Virus record (IMG/VR): IMGVR_UViG_3300037439_000094
Coordinates: 1-44,971 of that record
DNA: 44,971 nucleotides
From: a virus
Lineage: Duplodnaviria; Caudoviricetes
Direction: 5' to 3' (one strand)
The notes beneath the pieces are model-generated. The model ran no database searches. It saw nothing but the letters and a program-made list of their open reading frames with translations, and was not told the DNA's origin. Positions 6,879 to 15,724 of the stretch are shown in pieces. The number at the start of each line of letters is the position of its first letter. Position 1 is the stretch's first letter. A program made the translations under genes and the position numbers.

Positions 6879-7105
6879 CCAGGTTCTACGACGAGGGCAG
6901 GACCAGGATCTACTTCGTTCCTACGGTCTACGATCGTTGGAGATACGTGGACAACTGGACCTGGCAGGTGGACTGGGACAAGCTCGTGGCGCCTGGGATC
7001 ACTGAGTACGAGAGACGGTCCCAGCTCGTCTACCAGCACCTGCGTCAGTCAGTCCGAACCTTGTGGCGGCTGATCAGAACGGGCAGTGAACCGGAGGACT
7101 GGTGA
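6875..7105 (+). CDS. hypothetical protein
   Basis: GTGA coupling, Trp-rich 76 aa. Confidence 0.6.
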   Translation: MTRFYDEGRTRIYFVPTVYDRWRYVDNWTWQVDWDKLVAPGITEYERRSQLVYQHLRQSVRTLWRLIRTGSEPEDW

Positions 7106-7470
7106 TTCTGATGCGAACCGGTAGAACTATTCCAACTAACTCTGACATTCCCATGCACGGTTGGCGACCGTACCACGAGATTCACCGTGAGCGGATGCGA
7201 GCACACGCAAAGCACGACCAGGGACATCCCGAGAAGTATGGGGAGGACGGCGGTACCTCGATGGAGCGGATGGACTTCGACCACCCGTTGTGGCTCGCAG
7301 TCCTGGCCGAGGAGTTTGGTGAGGGGGTCGGCCGGGCCATCATCGAAGGTCGGATCTTCGTCCCTGAACATCGAACTCCCGAGGGTATCAACAATCTGCG
7401 TAAAGAGCTAATTCAGTTGGCAGCTATGACCGTGGCCTGGATAGAGGCCATCGACGACACAGTGTGCTGA
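7102..7470 (+). CDS. MazG-like all-alpha nucleotide pyrophosphohydrolase
   Basis: AVLAEEFGE ... LRKELIQLAAMTVAWIEAID pattern typical of phage MazG-like proteins. Confidence 0.65.
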   Translation: MILMRTGRTIPTNSDIPMHGWRPYHEIHRERMRAHAKHDQGHPEKYGEDGGTSMERMDFDHPLWLAVLAEEFGEGVGRAIIEGRIFVPEHRTPEGINNLRKELIQLAAMTVAWIEAIDDTVC

Positions 7471-7736
7471 TGGCTCGTTACGTGTTCAACAGTCGCCGTT
7501 CTCCGTATCGTCTCGAGATTCAACAGAACTACTATGACCGTGGCATGGGTCCGTTCATCGAGCGTGAACTCTCCAGTTGGTCGGCCACCCTTGAGGGAAC
7601 CCGGATCACGGACGAGATGCAGGTCACCGTGGCACTGGAGGGTGAGCTGGACATCGACTTCGTGGACCTCTTCGGAGAGTACGCGGTCCAGTACCTGCTC
7701 GAGAACCGAATCGCACTCCTTACTACTCCTGCGTAG
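7470..7736 (+). CDS. hypothetical protein
   Basis: TGATG coupling, 88 aa. Confidence 0.65.
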   Translation: MARYVFNSRRSPYRLEIQQNYYDRGMGPFIERELSSWSATLEGTRITDEMQVTVALEGELDIDFVDLFGEYAVQYLLENRIALLTTPA

Positions 7737-7754
7737 GTGGTACCCTCTTCCGCT

Positions 7755-8336
7755 ATGGAGGACGCAGAGCAGCAGCTTCGCGGGAAGCCGAAGGTCGTGC
7801 CGATCGACGGCTGGACCCTGCCTCCGCCACCCGACTGGCGGTTGACGGAGGAGACCAAGCACCTGCAGAGGATGGCGATGGGAGCTGTCGCTCCTGAGGA
7901 CCTGACCGTCAGGGGGAAGCCCCGCTGCGTGGCCAAGGCCAGCGTCACCGGGATCAGGTGCGGGAACGAGGCAGTTCTCGGTACCACCGTGTGCAGGTTC
8001 CACGGAGCAGCCACTCCTACGCCTGACAGTCCGGGGGAGGAGAGGTCCATCGGGGCCTCGGCTAAGCGGGCTCGTATCGAGGCAGCCCGGCAGCACCTCG
8101 AGTTCGCCGCGGCTGCAGCTGTCACCGCGGTCATGAGCATCGTCGAGGACGAGATGGCTCGTCCTCAGGACCGGCTCAAGGCAGCCGAGATCATCCTGGA
8201 CCGGACCGTGGGCAAGACGATCACTCTCGACAAGGAGGAGGCCGCGGACCGAGATCTCGACAAGGAGATCCTGGCCATCGCGGAGTCTGTTGCTCCCACT
8301 GGCACGGAGGACTCCTCACCCGCGTCTCCCAGCTGA
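7755..8336 (+). CDS. terS: putative terminase small subunit (HGG-type Zn finger plus helical C-terminus)
   Basis: RCVAK..TG.RC......TVCRFHGA motif, then DRLKAAEIILDRTVGK helix; lies upstream of TerL. Confidence 0.55.
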   Translation: MEDAEQQLRGKPKVVPIDGWTLPPPPDWRLTEETKHLQRMAMGAVAPEDLTVRGKPRCVAKASVTGIRCGNEAVLGTTVCRFHGAATPTPDSPGEERSIGASAKRARIEAARQHLEFAAAAAVTAVMSIVEDEMARPQDRLKAAEIILDRTVGKTITLDKEEAADRDLDKEILAIAESVAPTGTEDSSPASPS

Positions 8337-8348
8337 TACCCTGGGGTC

Positions 8349-8705
8349 ATGGCAGATACACCAGACAACCCACAGGACGACGACCACACGGACGACGACC
8401 AGCGTTGGCGTCCGGTCTCTAGTCGCGAGTGGCAGATACTCGACGAGACGTTCCCGTCTCCGTCGACAGCCGAGCTGCATCACGAATTCCCCTTGACCTC
8501 TGGGCAGGAGATCAGGATGGAGACCCTGGCGTCCGCGTCCAGGATCGTGGCAGCTCGGGTTCCGCAGATGTGGTGGAACCAGGACCAGCTGATCCGGATG
8601 ACGATCGACGTAGCGACAGAGTTCGAGGACTACGTTCGTGGAGAATCAAGTTCCCGAACTGTCGTAGACGAGATACAGGGGTTTCATCGAGATGCCGGAA
8701 CCTGA
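8349..8705 (+). CDS. hypothetical protein
   Basis: 118 aa ORF, apparently leaderless. Confidence 0.65.
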   Translation: MADTPDNPQDDDHTDDDQRWRPVSSREWQILDETFPSPSTAELHHEFPLTSGQEIRMETLASASRIVAARVPQMWWNQDQLIRMTIDVATEFEDYVRGESSSRTVVDEIQGFHRDAGT

Positions 8706-8973
8706 TCTGAAACTGTGCAGCCTGTTGCGGATCCAGAACACGGCCCAGCGCAGCTTCTACTTTATCTGCAAGACACACGGGTGGACGAGTCCTCGGTGTT
8801 ACGACGAGGAGGACCGCCAGACGTTCCTCAACCGGCACGCCATCAACGTGCGTCCTCCTCCGCCGGAGAGCAGCCAGTTGCGTGTTTGGAGGCGGACCCG
8901 CGAGAGGATGGAGGCCCGCGACCGTGAACGTCGGTTGGAGCAGGAACGTGAGCGACTGATGGGAGCCTTGTGA
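8692..8973 (+). CDS. hypothetical protein
   Basis: 93 aa ORF with CKTHG motif. Confidence 0.6.
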   Translation: MPEPDLKLCSLLRIQNTAQRSFYFICKTHGWTSPRCYDEEDRQTFLNRHAINVRPPPPESSQLRVWRRTRERMEARDRERRLEQERERLMGAL

Positions 8974-8992
8974 TTAGTGGTAGGGTCCTCTC

Positions 8993-9181
8993 GTGAACCG
9001 TGACCTTGCTACAGCCGCGATCGCTCTCGTGGTGGGCACACTTCTGTTCTTGTCCGCTCTGGCCTGGAGCGTCGACGAGGAGACCTGGGCACAGTCAGCG
9101 TTGTGTTACGTAGGTTCGTACGTGGCGGGTTTCACGGCTCTGGTCTACTTCTTGCGAGGATTCTTCATCCGTCGGACATAA
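8993..9181 (+). CDS. membrane protein (2 TM)
   Basis: Two hydrophobic segments. Confidence 0.65.
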   Translation: MNRDLATAAIALVVGTLLFLSALAWSVDEETWAQSALCYVGSYVAGFTALVYFLRGFFIRRT

Positions 9182-9192
9182 CGGAGGTAGTG

Positions 9193-9366
9193 ATGGCCAG
9201 CTCGCGTATCGGAGGACGGGGCACGACCCGGGGTCGGGGTGTGAACCGTCGGAGGAACACCCGTCTGCGCAGGAACCAGCGCAAGCAGGCCCAGGCCCGC
9301 GCCGGGCTTCGTCGTCACGAGACCGTGCAGCGCTTTCCTGTCCGAGGAGGTGTGGCTCGTGGGTAA
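9193..9366 (+). CDS. Arg-rich basic protein
   Basis: GGAGG RBS; MASSRIGGRGTTRGRGVNRRRNTRLRRNQRK... Confidence 0.6.
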   Translation: MASSRIGGRGTTRGRGVNRRRNTRLRRNQRKQAQARAGLRRHETVQRFPVRGGVARG

Positions 9367-9472
9367 GAAGTTCGCTCTCGCCGCCCTGGGGTGCGCCGCG
9401 GTGGGCGCTGGCCTCGGGTACTGGTTGTACCGGTCGTTCGACGGAGCACTGGACCACCTCAACTCAGGCTGA
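9359..9472 (+). CDS. small membrane peptide
   Basis: GAGGAGG RBS; MGKKFALAALGCAAVGAGLGYWLY... Confidence 0.5.
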   Translation: MGKKFALAALGCAAVGAGLGYWLYRSFDGALDHLNSG

Positions 9473-9582
9473 TGCCGTTCAAGTCGCCTAGGCAGCGCCG
9501 GTGGATGTTCAAGAACAAACCGAGGATGGCCCGGCGTTGGGCCAGACACGGACGGACAAGACGGAGGAGACGCAGGCGATGA
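9472..9582 (+). CDS. Arg-rich peptide of the MPFKSxxQRRWM type
   Basis: TGATG/ATGA coupling; MPFKSPRQRRWMFKNKPRMARRWARHGRTRRRRRRR. Confidence 0.65.
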   Translation: MPFKSPRQRRWMFKNKPRMARRWARHGRTRRRRRRR

Positions 9583-9911
9583 CTGATCAACAGCCTGCCT
9601 TCATGACCCCGCGAGGAATCGTCAGGTGTGCTCTCTGTAGGACTGACGCCTACGGCCTGCCCGACCACAAGCTGGAGGGCGTCGAGCACGTCAGTGCCCG
9701 CTGGGGTGACGGTGGTAAGGTCCAGGTCATCTTCGAGGGTGAGGACGTCACCACGGACGCCTACGAGGCCGTCGCAGGCCGAAACGGGTCCGTCTACCTG
9801 TTCGACAAGAACACGGCTGGACATAGATATGCCTGTCCCGTCGACGGCACCCACGCGGTGGTCGTGAAGCACTCCGGGAGGGTGAGTGTCCTCCGCCGCC
9901 CAGATAGCTGA
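9579..9911 (+). CDS. hypothetical protein, possible Zn ribbon
   Basis: GGAGGAG RBS; CALC and CPVDGTH motifs. Confidence 0.65.
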   Translation: MTDQQPAFMTPRGIVRCALCRTDAYGLPDHKLEGVEHVSARWGDGGKVQVIFEGEDVTTDAYEAVAGRNGSVYLFDKNTAGHRYACPVDGTHAVVVKHSGRVSVLRRPDS

Positions 9912-11487
9912 GCGGATCAAGCAGCTTCCACCCGAACTACGCATAAAGCTGCTCTCCAAGCTCGACATCGCCGCCAAGGTACGGGTTCGCTGGCTACTGC
10001 AGGTCCGAGCCAAGCAGATCACGCCCGATGACCACTACCTCTGCGATGATCCTGCACACTGCCGGGAGGTAGAGGAGGAGGCCAGGGCAAAGTTCCCTGG
10101 TAAGCATCGTCGGCAGGCTAAGAAGCGTCTCGAGTACGCGGTCAAGCGAGGACACCTTCCGTGGATGGTCTGGATGATCCTGGCAGGCCGCGGGTGGGGC
10201 AAGACCAGGACCGGTGCCGAGGACGTCGCCGAGTTCATGCTCGAGCACCCGGGTGCTCGTGTCGCACTGGTCGCGGCCACTTTCCAGGACGGCCGCGACA
10301 CCATGGTCGAGGGCGAGTCAGGACTTCGGGCCATCATCCCCGAGGCTCTCGAGCTTGCCTGGAACCGGTCGCTGGGCGAACTGGTACTGACCAACGGTAG
10401 TCGGGCCAAGATCTTCTCGGCAGAGGAGCCGGAGCGTCTCCGTGGCCCCCAGCATCACCGCGCCTGGTGCGATGAGGTCGCGACGTGGAAGTACAGGCAG
10501 AAGACGTGGGACATGCTGCTGTTCGGTCTCCGTCTCGGTGTCAATCCCCAGGCGATCATCACGACGACCCCGAAGCCGTACAAGTTCATCAAGAAGATGC
10601 TGGAGGAGTCGAAGGATCCGAAGAACGGCATCATCCTGACCAGTGGACACACCGACGAGAACGTGGCCAACCTCCCGGGGGTGGTGCTGAAGAAGCTGCA
10701 CGACGCCTATGCGAACACCCGTATCGGGCGTCAGGAGTTGGCGGCAGAGGTGCTGGAGGATCTCGAAGGCGGTCTGATCAAGGCCGAGTTCATCGAGGAC
10801 TGTCGGCTCGAGCCGTGGAACATCACGGCTACCGGAGGGACCTCGGACTCTCTCGGTGAGCTGCTGCAGAGGATCGTGATCGCGATCGATCCAGCAGTGT
10901 CAGACGACCCAGCCAGTGCCGAGACAGGTATCGTGGTGGTAGGAAAGACGCGGGCACCCTGCCCGTTCTGCTCCAAGGCCGAGAACCCGCGTAAACGGGC
11001 TCATGCCGTGGTGTTCGAGGATCACTCAGGACGACACTCCTCAGAGGAGTGGCCCAGCATCGTGGCTCGGGTCTACAAGCGGGTCGAGGCTGACCGGGTG
11101 ATCGCGGAGAAGAACAACGGTGGAGATCTGGTAGCTTCCGTCATGCACGCCGTCGAGCCCGGTCTACCGGTAAAGCTGGTGTGGGCCTCCAGGGGTAAGG
11201 TGAAGCGGGCTGAGCCGGTGGCGGCGTGCTACGAGAGGCGCGAGGTACATCACCTGCAGAGCACCTACGGCAAGTCCCTCGTCGAACTCGAGGACCAGTT
11301 GATGCGGTTCGGGATCGAGGACGAAGAGGAGGACGAGCCGACCGTCGTGGACGCGGATAACGAGGACACCCCCCTCATGGACCGCGGTGATGCCTGCGTG
11401 TGGGGATTGACGGAGCTGATGGTCCCGGAGGGCGAGATCCTCACGATCAAGCAGGTCGTGGACAGGAGAGCCGTCGGTACTCGGTGA
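9886..11487 (+). CDS. terL: terminase large subunit
   Basis: Walker A AGRGWGKT, Walker B RAWCDE, TTTP coupling motif, nuclease IAIDPA, EKNNGG and DRGDA motifs. Confidence 0.95.
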   Translation: MSSAAQIAERIKQLPPELRIKLLSKLDIAAKVRVRWLLQVRAKQITPDDHYLCDDPAHCREVEEEARAKFPGKHRRQAKKRLEYAVKRGHLPWMVWMILAGRGWGKTRTGAEDVAEFMLEHPGARVALVAATFQDGRDTMVEGESGLRAIIPEALELAWNRSLGELVLTNGSRAKIFSAEEPERLRGPQHHRAWCDEVATWKYRQKTWDMLLFGLRLGVNPQAIITTTPKPYKFIKKMLEESKDPKNGIILTSGHTDENVANLPGVVLKKLHDAYANTRIGRQELAAEVLEDLEGGLIKAEFIEDCRLEPWNITATGGTSDSLGELLQRIVIAIDPAVSDDPASAETGIVVVGKTRAPCPFCSKAENPRKRAHAVVFEDHSGRHSSEEWPSIVARVYKRVEADRVIAEKNNGGDLVASVMHAVEPGLPVKLVWASRGKVKRAEPVAACYERREVHHLQSTYGKSLVELEDQLMRFGIEDEEEDEPTVVDADNEDTPLMDRGDACVWGLTELMVPEGEILTIKQVVDRRAVGTR

Positions 11488-11527
11488 TACCATCGCTCAG
11501 CGCTACTCGTCGCGAAGGAGCGGGGCT

Positions 11528-12892
11528 GTGATCGATCCGGTGTTGATGTTTCATCCTGACTTCCCCAACGAGCCGAAGGCAAGGGTCGAGCGGTCCGCCT
11601 ACCGGTTCGAGTGGTATCCCAAGGGCTGGAGGTCCGACGACGATCCTGACTGGTCAGGTCTGCCGTCCAACGCGCCGGTTCCGGACTTTCTCAGGGAGTC
11701 TAAGGATCTGCACCTCGAGGGCTACGGAGCGCGGGTTCTCCAGACGTTCCCGCAGGACTACCACGCCAAGCACCTCGAGGCGATCCGGAAGGGCGGTACC
11801 CAGGACGCCGGTGGGGGCGGTGTTATCTGGAAGAACCTCGGGGGTGACTACACCGACGTGGTCGAGCTGGGGGCGGCCACCAAGATCTGGAACGGCCTGG
11901 ACGGGTGGATCAGTGGCGACAACTCCATCGACGGCGACGACACGTTCGCCAACGGGGCGGTCCTACTTCCGGCGAGAACGTTTGCGATCCAGGAGGAACC
12001 GGTCGGGACGCTGGCTGGTCAGCTCAAGGACGGTGCCTCAGACCTGTTCCTCAACCCCCAGGCACACGGAGAGGCAGCGGGTGTCGTGTGGTGGATCACC
12101 AGCGGGGTGCGTCCCAACCTCGCCGGCAACGCGTTCATGGTCGGGCACTACCTGCCATCGGACGTCCCTGGGCCGGACTTCGGGGTGACCGACAGCGTCA
12201 TTGTCGAGATGAGCCTGTTCTTCACGTATGTCGACCACGTTCGAACCGAGCCCGCGGGTTGGGGCGAAGCGTCGGACTTCTACCTGTCGTACGTCAGAGA
12301 CGACCTCGCCAACAGTGGGTTCATCTACGGGCAGGCCCAGACGGTCGACGAGAATGCCCCCACCCTCGACGCGACAGACTTCGACGCCTGGCGCAACTTC
12401 AGAGGTACCGGTGTTAAGTTCTGCAGGACGGCCAACACTAACCTGCAGACGCTCAATGCCTACCAGTTCTGGGCGGGTGACGGCTGGTCGTCTGACGTCC
12501 TCGATGCTGAGGTGGTGGTGGACGACGAGGGCCGGATCGCGTTCGTGACGGGGAACCCTCTGCGGGTCAAGGCCAACCACTGGGTAAACGTCGGGCGAAC
12601 CCACGTGTTGGATCCGTATGTGGACGTCTACCGGGCAGATCAGCCCTGGGGACCGTGGGAGAAGTTCGCCCGGGTTCCTGTACCCACGATCAACTCGGTG
12701 TTCGCTCCAAACTTCAGACAGGCCTCTCACCACGCCTTCATTCTCCCGCACAGTCTGCACTCGACCAGTGTGGGAGAGGTGGATCGGGCGGTCGCCTGCT
12801 GCACGGGGGTCGGTCTCGGTACACACCCCGGTTGGGACCTGGTCAACATCCGACGGTGGGCACCGAAGTTCGTGGTCGTTCCTCTGTACTGA
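11528..12892 (+). CDS. beta-propeller protein resembling DUF4185/DUF5005 glycoside hydrolase-like families
   Basis: GGD start motif, YQFWAGDGWS, YRADQPWGPW and C-terminal W.PKF motifs; AAGGAG RBS. Confidence 0.5.
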   Translation: MIDPVLMFHPDFPNEPKARVERSAYRFEWYPKGWRSDDDPDWSGLPSNAPVPDFLRESKDLHLEGYGARVLQTFPQDYHAKHLEAIRKGGTQDAGGGGVIWKNLGGDYTDVVELGAATKIWNGLDGWISGDNSIDGDDTFANGAVLLPARTFAIQEEPVGTLAGQLKDGASDLFLNPQAHGEAAGVVWWITSGVRPNLAGNAFMVGHYLPSDVPGPDFGVTDSVIVEMSLFFTYVDHVRTEPAGWGEASDFYLSYVRDDLANSGFIYGQAQTVDENAPTLDATDFDAWRNFRGTGVKFCRTANTNLQTLNAYQFWAGDGWSSDVLDAEVVVDDEGRIAFVTGNPLRVKANHWVNVGRTHVLDPYVDVYRADQPWGPWEKFARVPVPTINSVFAPNFRQASHHAFILPHSLHSTSVGEVDRAVACCTGVGLGTHPGWDLVNIRRWAPKFVVVPLY

Positions 12893-12913
12893 TCTCGTGC
12901 TATCCTTGCCGCC

Positions 12914-14662
12914 GTGACGCAGGATCTCACCATCGACCAGTACTCGGCCTACGAGTACAAGCCGGCATTCGCCGAGAATCTCGTCGGTCACGTCAAGTCC
13001 TGGGTACCTGACGAGCACAAGCGTCGGCTCCAGGCGTACATGTTGCTGTCTGCCTACCTCGAGAACTCAGCTCGGGTGTACCTTCCCAACGACGACGACC
13101 CTGATTCTCGTCGGGAGTACGGGGACCCCGCCCTGATCGTACAGACCCTGGTGGACGCCATCGTCGGTGAGGACACAAGGGTCATGGTCCAGGGTGCCAG
13201 GGCGAAGAAGGAACCTGACGAGTACGCGGACACGTTGCAGGACTTCTTCGACAAGTGGGTGGACGACGAGAAGCTGCTCATGACGGTGATGGAGGCCGAG
13301 GAGGACGCCACAGGTCTCGGGGACGGCGTGTTCGAGGTGGCCTGGGACTCGACTAAGGGGCGAGCCACGGTCACCTGCTACGACCCAGGCTTCTACTTCC
13401 CCGTGCTGGATCCGTCCGAGGCCCGTGAGCAGTTCCCCGACAAGGTCCACTTTGCCTGGGAGTACGAGAAGTACGAGGGGCGAACCCGAAACAGGCAGAG
13501 GTTTGTTCGTCGGATCACCTACGAGCTGGTGGACTACGGGGAGGGAGCAACCTTCCAGTTCCCGTGGAACAAGGACCCCTCAACCAGAACCTGCCTCAAG
13601 AGCGACGGAACGTGGAGTTACGAGAGGCTCGGGTCCAGTAACTGGCTCGACCTCGATGAGTCCAAGGCCACCTGGGCGGTGAACGCGGAGGGTGAGGTGG
13701 TTCACAACCTCGACATCGGGATTGACTTCATTCCGGTTGTTCACCTTCCGAACACCATCTCGCGTAAGGAGCACTTCGGGCGGTCCGTGCTCCAGAAGGT
13801 TCTCCAGATCATCGATGACATCCAGAGCACGGACACCGATCTCCTCAAGACGAGTCGCACAACGGGTTCTCCTCCCCTGGGTTCCAAGGGTCCCGTGGAG
13901 ACCAACGAGGAGGGCAAGGTCACGACGTACGGGCCGGGACAGGTCATCTCGGGAGAGGTGACGGTCATCGACACCAGTCGCAACCTCGACGCGCTCCTGA
14001 AGTACATCACGGAGCTGCTCAAGCGGTTGTCGACCAACATCAGGATGCCCGAGTCCGTGCTGGGCAAGCTGCGACCCTCCGAGGTCCCCTCCGGTATCGC
14101 CCTGGCTCTCTCGTTTGGTCCTCTTCGGTCTCTGGTACGACGGATGCGCCTAGCCAGGTCGGAGAAGTATCCTCTCCTGCTCAAGTTTGTGCATCGGTTC
14201 ACGATGTTGGACGATGCTCACAGCGACCTGGTTCCTTCTCGAGAGAAGATCGATACTGTCCCGGCAATCGAGATGGCCTTTGGTCAGTTCCTGCCGTCGG
14301 ACCGCGCGGTCATCATCACTGACATCGGGACGTTGTTCCGTGAGAAGCTCATCAGCCGAGCCACGGCGATCAAGCTGCTCATCGAGGAGACCGGTATGGA
14401 CATCAGAGAGGCCAGCGAGGAGGTTGACTCGATCCAGGCGGAGGACTTCGAGGGCGCAGGCCTGCTGAGCACGGCCCTGGAGTCTCCCGAGGCGGCAGCT
14501 GAGTACCTGGGTCGCGAGATCCCGGCGATGAGTGAGGCTCGGAAGAAGGCGATCGAGGTTGAGGCGGCCGCGCAGCCTGCGCCCTTCGGCGGTGGTGGTG
14601 GCGGTGACAACCCTCCGGGGAACGGACAGAGACCCAGATCACAACAAGGAGCTGAGACATGA
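12914..14662 (+). CDS. portal protein
   Basis: 582 aa after TerL; LGDGVF, YDPGFYFP, FIPVVHLPN, FGRSVL and SGIALAL motifs of actinophage portals. Confidence 0.9.
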   Translation: MTQDLTIDQYSAYEYKPAFAENLVGHVKSWVPDEHKRRLQAYMLLSAYLENSARVYLPNDDDPDSRREYGDPALIVQTLVDAIVGEDTRVMVQGARAKKEPDEYADTLQDFFDKWVDDEKLLMTVMEAEEDATGLGDGVFEVAWDSTKGRATVTCYDPGFYFPVLDPSEAREQFPDKVHFAWEYEKYEGRTRNRQRFVRRITYELVDYGEGATFQFPWNKDPSTRTCLKSDGTWSYERLGSSNWLDLDESKATWAVNAEGEVVHNLDIGIDFIPVVHLPNTISRKEHFGRSVLQKVLQIIDDIQSTDTDLLKTSRTTGSPPLGSKGPVETNEEGKVTTYGPGQVISGEVTVIDTSRNLDALLKYITELLKRLSTNIRMPESVLGKLRPSEVPSGIALALSFGPLRSLVRRMRLARSEKYPLLLKFVHRFTMLDDAHSDLVPSREKIDTVPAIEMAFGQFLPSDRAVIITDIGTLFREKLISRATAIKLLIEETGMDIREASEEVDSIQAEDFEGAGLLSTALESPEAAAEYLGREIPAMSEARKKAIEVEAAAQPAPFGGGGGGDNPPGNGQRPRSQQGAET

Positions 14663-14970
14663 CGTTCGTTCTCGAACGAGGTGTGTCGGTGGCAGTCGAT
14701 CCCAAGCGGGAGGACTACACCCCGAACAAGATGGAGGTCCTGCCGGCTGGGACCAGGATGTCGGAGATCGACGCGTACGCCCAGAAGCAGCTCTGCCCCG
14801 AGCACTTCGTGGATGGCGACGGGACGCTCGACGAGGAGGGTCACGCCGTGGCCTCCTCCGACAAGCTCCCCAAGGACTGGCGGCCGGCGGACAGGCAGGC
14901 CAAGGACGATCAGCAGAAGGCGTTCATCGAGGAACACCTCAGGACGCACACCCACTACCCGGAGGCCTGA
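14659..14970 (+). CDS. hypothetical protein
   Basis: ATGA coupling to the portal gene, AAGGAG RBS. Confidence 0.7.
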   Translation: MTFVLERGVSVAVDPKREDYTPNKMEVLPAGTRMSEIDAYAQKQLCPEHFVDGDGTLDEEGHAVASSDKLPKDWRPADRQAKDDQQKAFIEEHLRTHTHYPEA

Positions 14971-14971
14971 G

Positions 14972-15397
14972 ATGCCGTACGTTGACTCCATCGAGCAGGC
15001 ACTCCTGAACCACTTCCACAACGATCCGGCGTACACCCCAGATACTGCGATGTTCCTGGCTCTGTCGTCGACCACACCGACCGGCGCGGGTGGGAACTTC
15101 CTCGAGCCGACCACCGGCGGCTATACCAGGATCGCGAGTCCCTCGATGGGAGCCGCCACCGGCACCGCGCCAGCGACTAAGGCCAACGACGCGATCGCCG
15201 CGTATGCTACAGCCTCAGCGGACTGGGACAACTCCCCGGTCACGCACGTCGGATGGTGCAGCGCGGACGTGGAGGGAGTAGCCGACGTGCTTGCCTGGGC
15301 TGCTCTCACGGTCTCCAAGGACGTGAACAACGGGGACACCCCGTCCTTCGCGGTCGGCGCGCTCGTGTTCCGTCACGGGACTGGCACTCCGGGCTAG
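14972..15397 (+). CDS. minor virion protein (fibre-associated family)
   Basis: FLALSSTTP..G...EPTTGGYTR..VTHVG..VNNGDTPSFAVGAL pattern; start ATG 14972 with GGAGG. Confidence 0.7.
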   Translation: MPYVDSIEQALLNHFHNDPAYTPDTAMFLALSSTTPTGAGGNFLEPTTGGYTRIASPSMGAATGTAPATKANDAIAAYATASADWDNSPVTHVGWCSADVEGVADVLAWAALTVSKDVNNGDTPSFAVGALVFRHGTGTPG

Positions 15398-15406
15398 TAG
15401 GCCCGG

Positions 15407-15724
15407 ATGGCCTTCTCTCAGGTGACGGTGCGTTACGTGGACGGCACCCAGGTCACCTGTGCCCTAGACAGATGGACTGACCTGCGAGCTGCCGGTGTTG
15501 ACTACGTGGACCTGCAGTCCGCTGACGGCGTCTACCGGGTGCAAGGCCGATCGATCTACTGGTTGTACCAGGACGGTGACCGCTGGGTGTTGGGTGGTGG
15601 CATCGTTGGTAACAGTGAACCGATCGAGGAGGTCATCGCTACCGCTATCGGGTTCGAGATCCGGCATCCCGAGTATATGCCTGATCTCGAGCATGACCGA
15701 GTGAAGCTGGGGTGGTGGGACTAG
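15407..15724 (+). CDS. hypothetical protein
   Basis: 105 aa ORF within the operon. Confidence 0.65.
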   Translation: MAFSQVTVRYVDGTQVTCALDRWTDLRAAGVDYVDLQSADGVYRVQGRSIYWLYQDGDRWVLGGGIVGNSEPIEEVIATAIGFEIRHPEYMPDLEHDRVKLGWWD

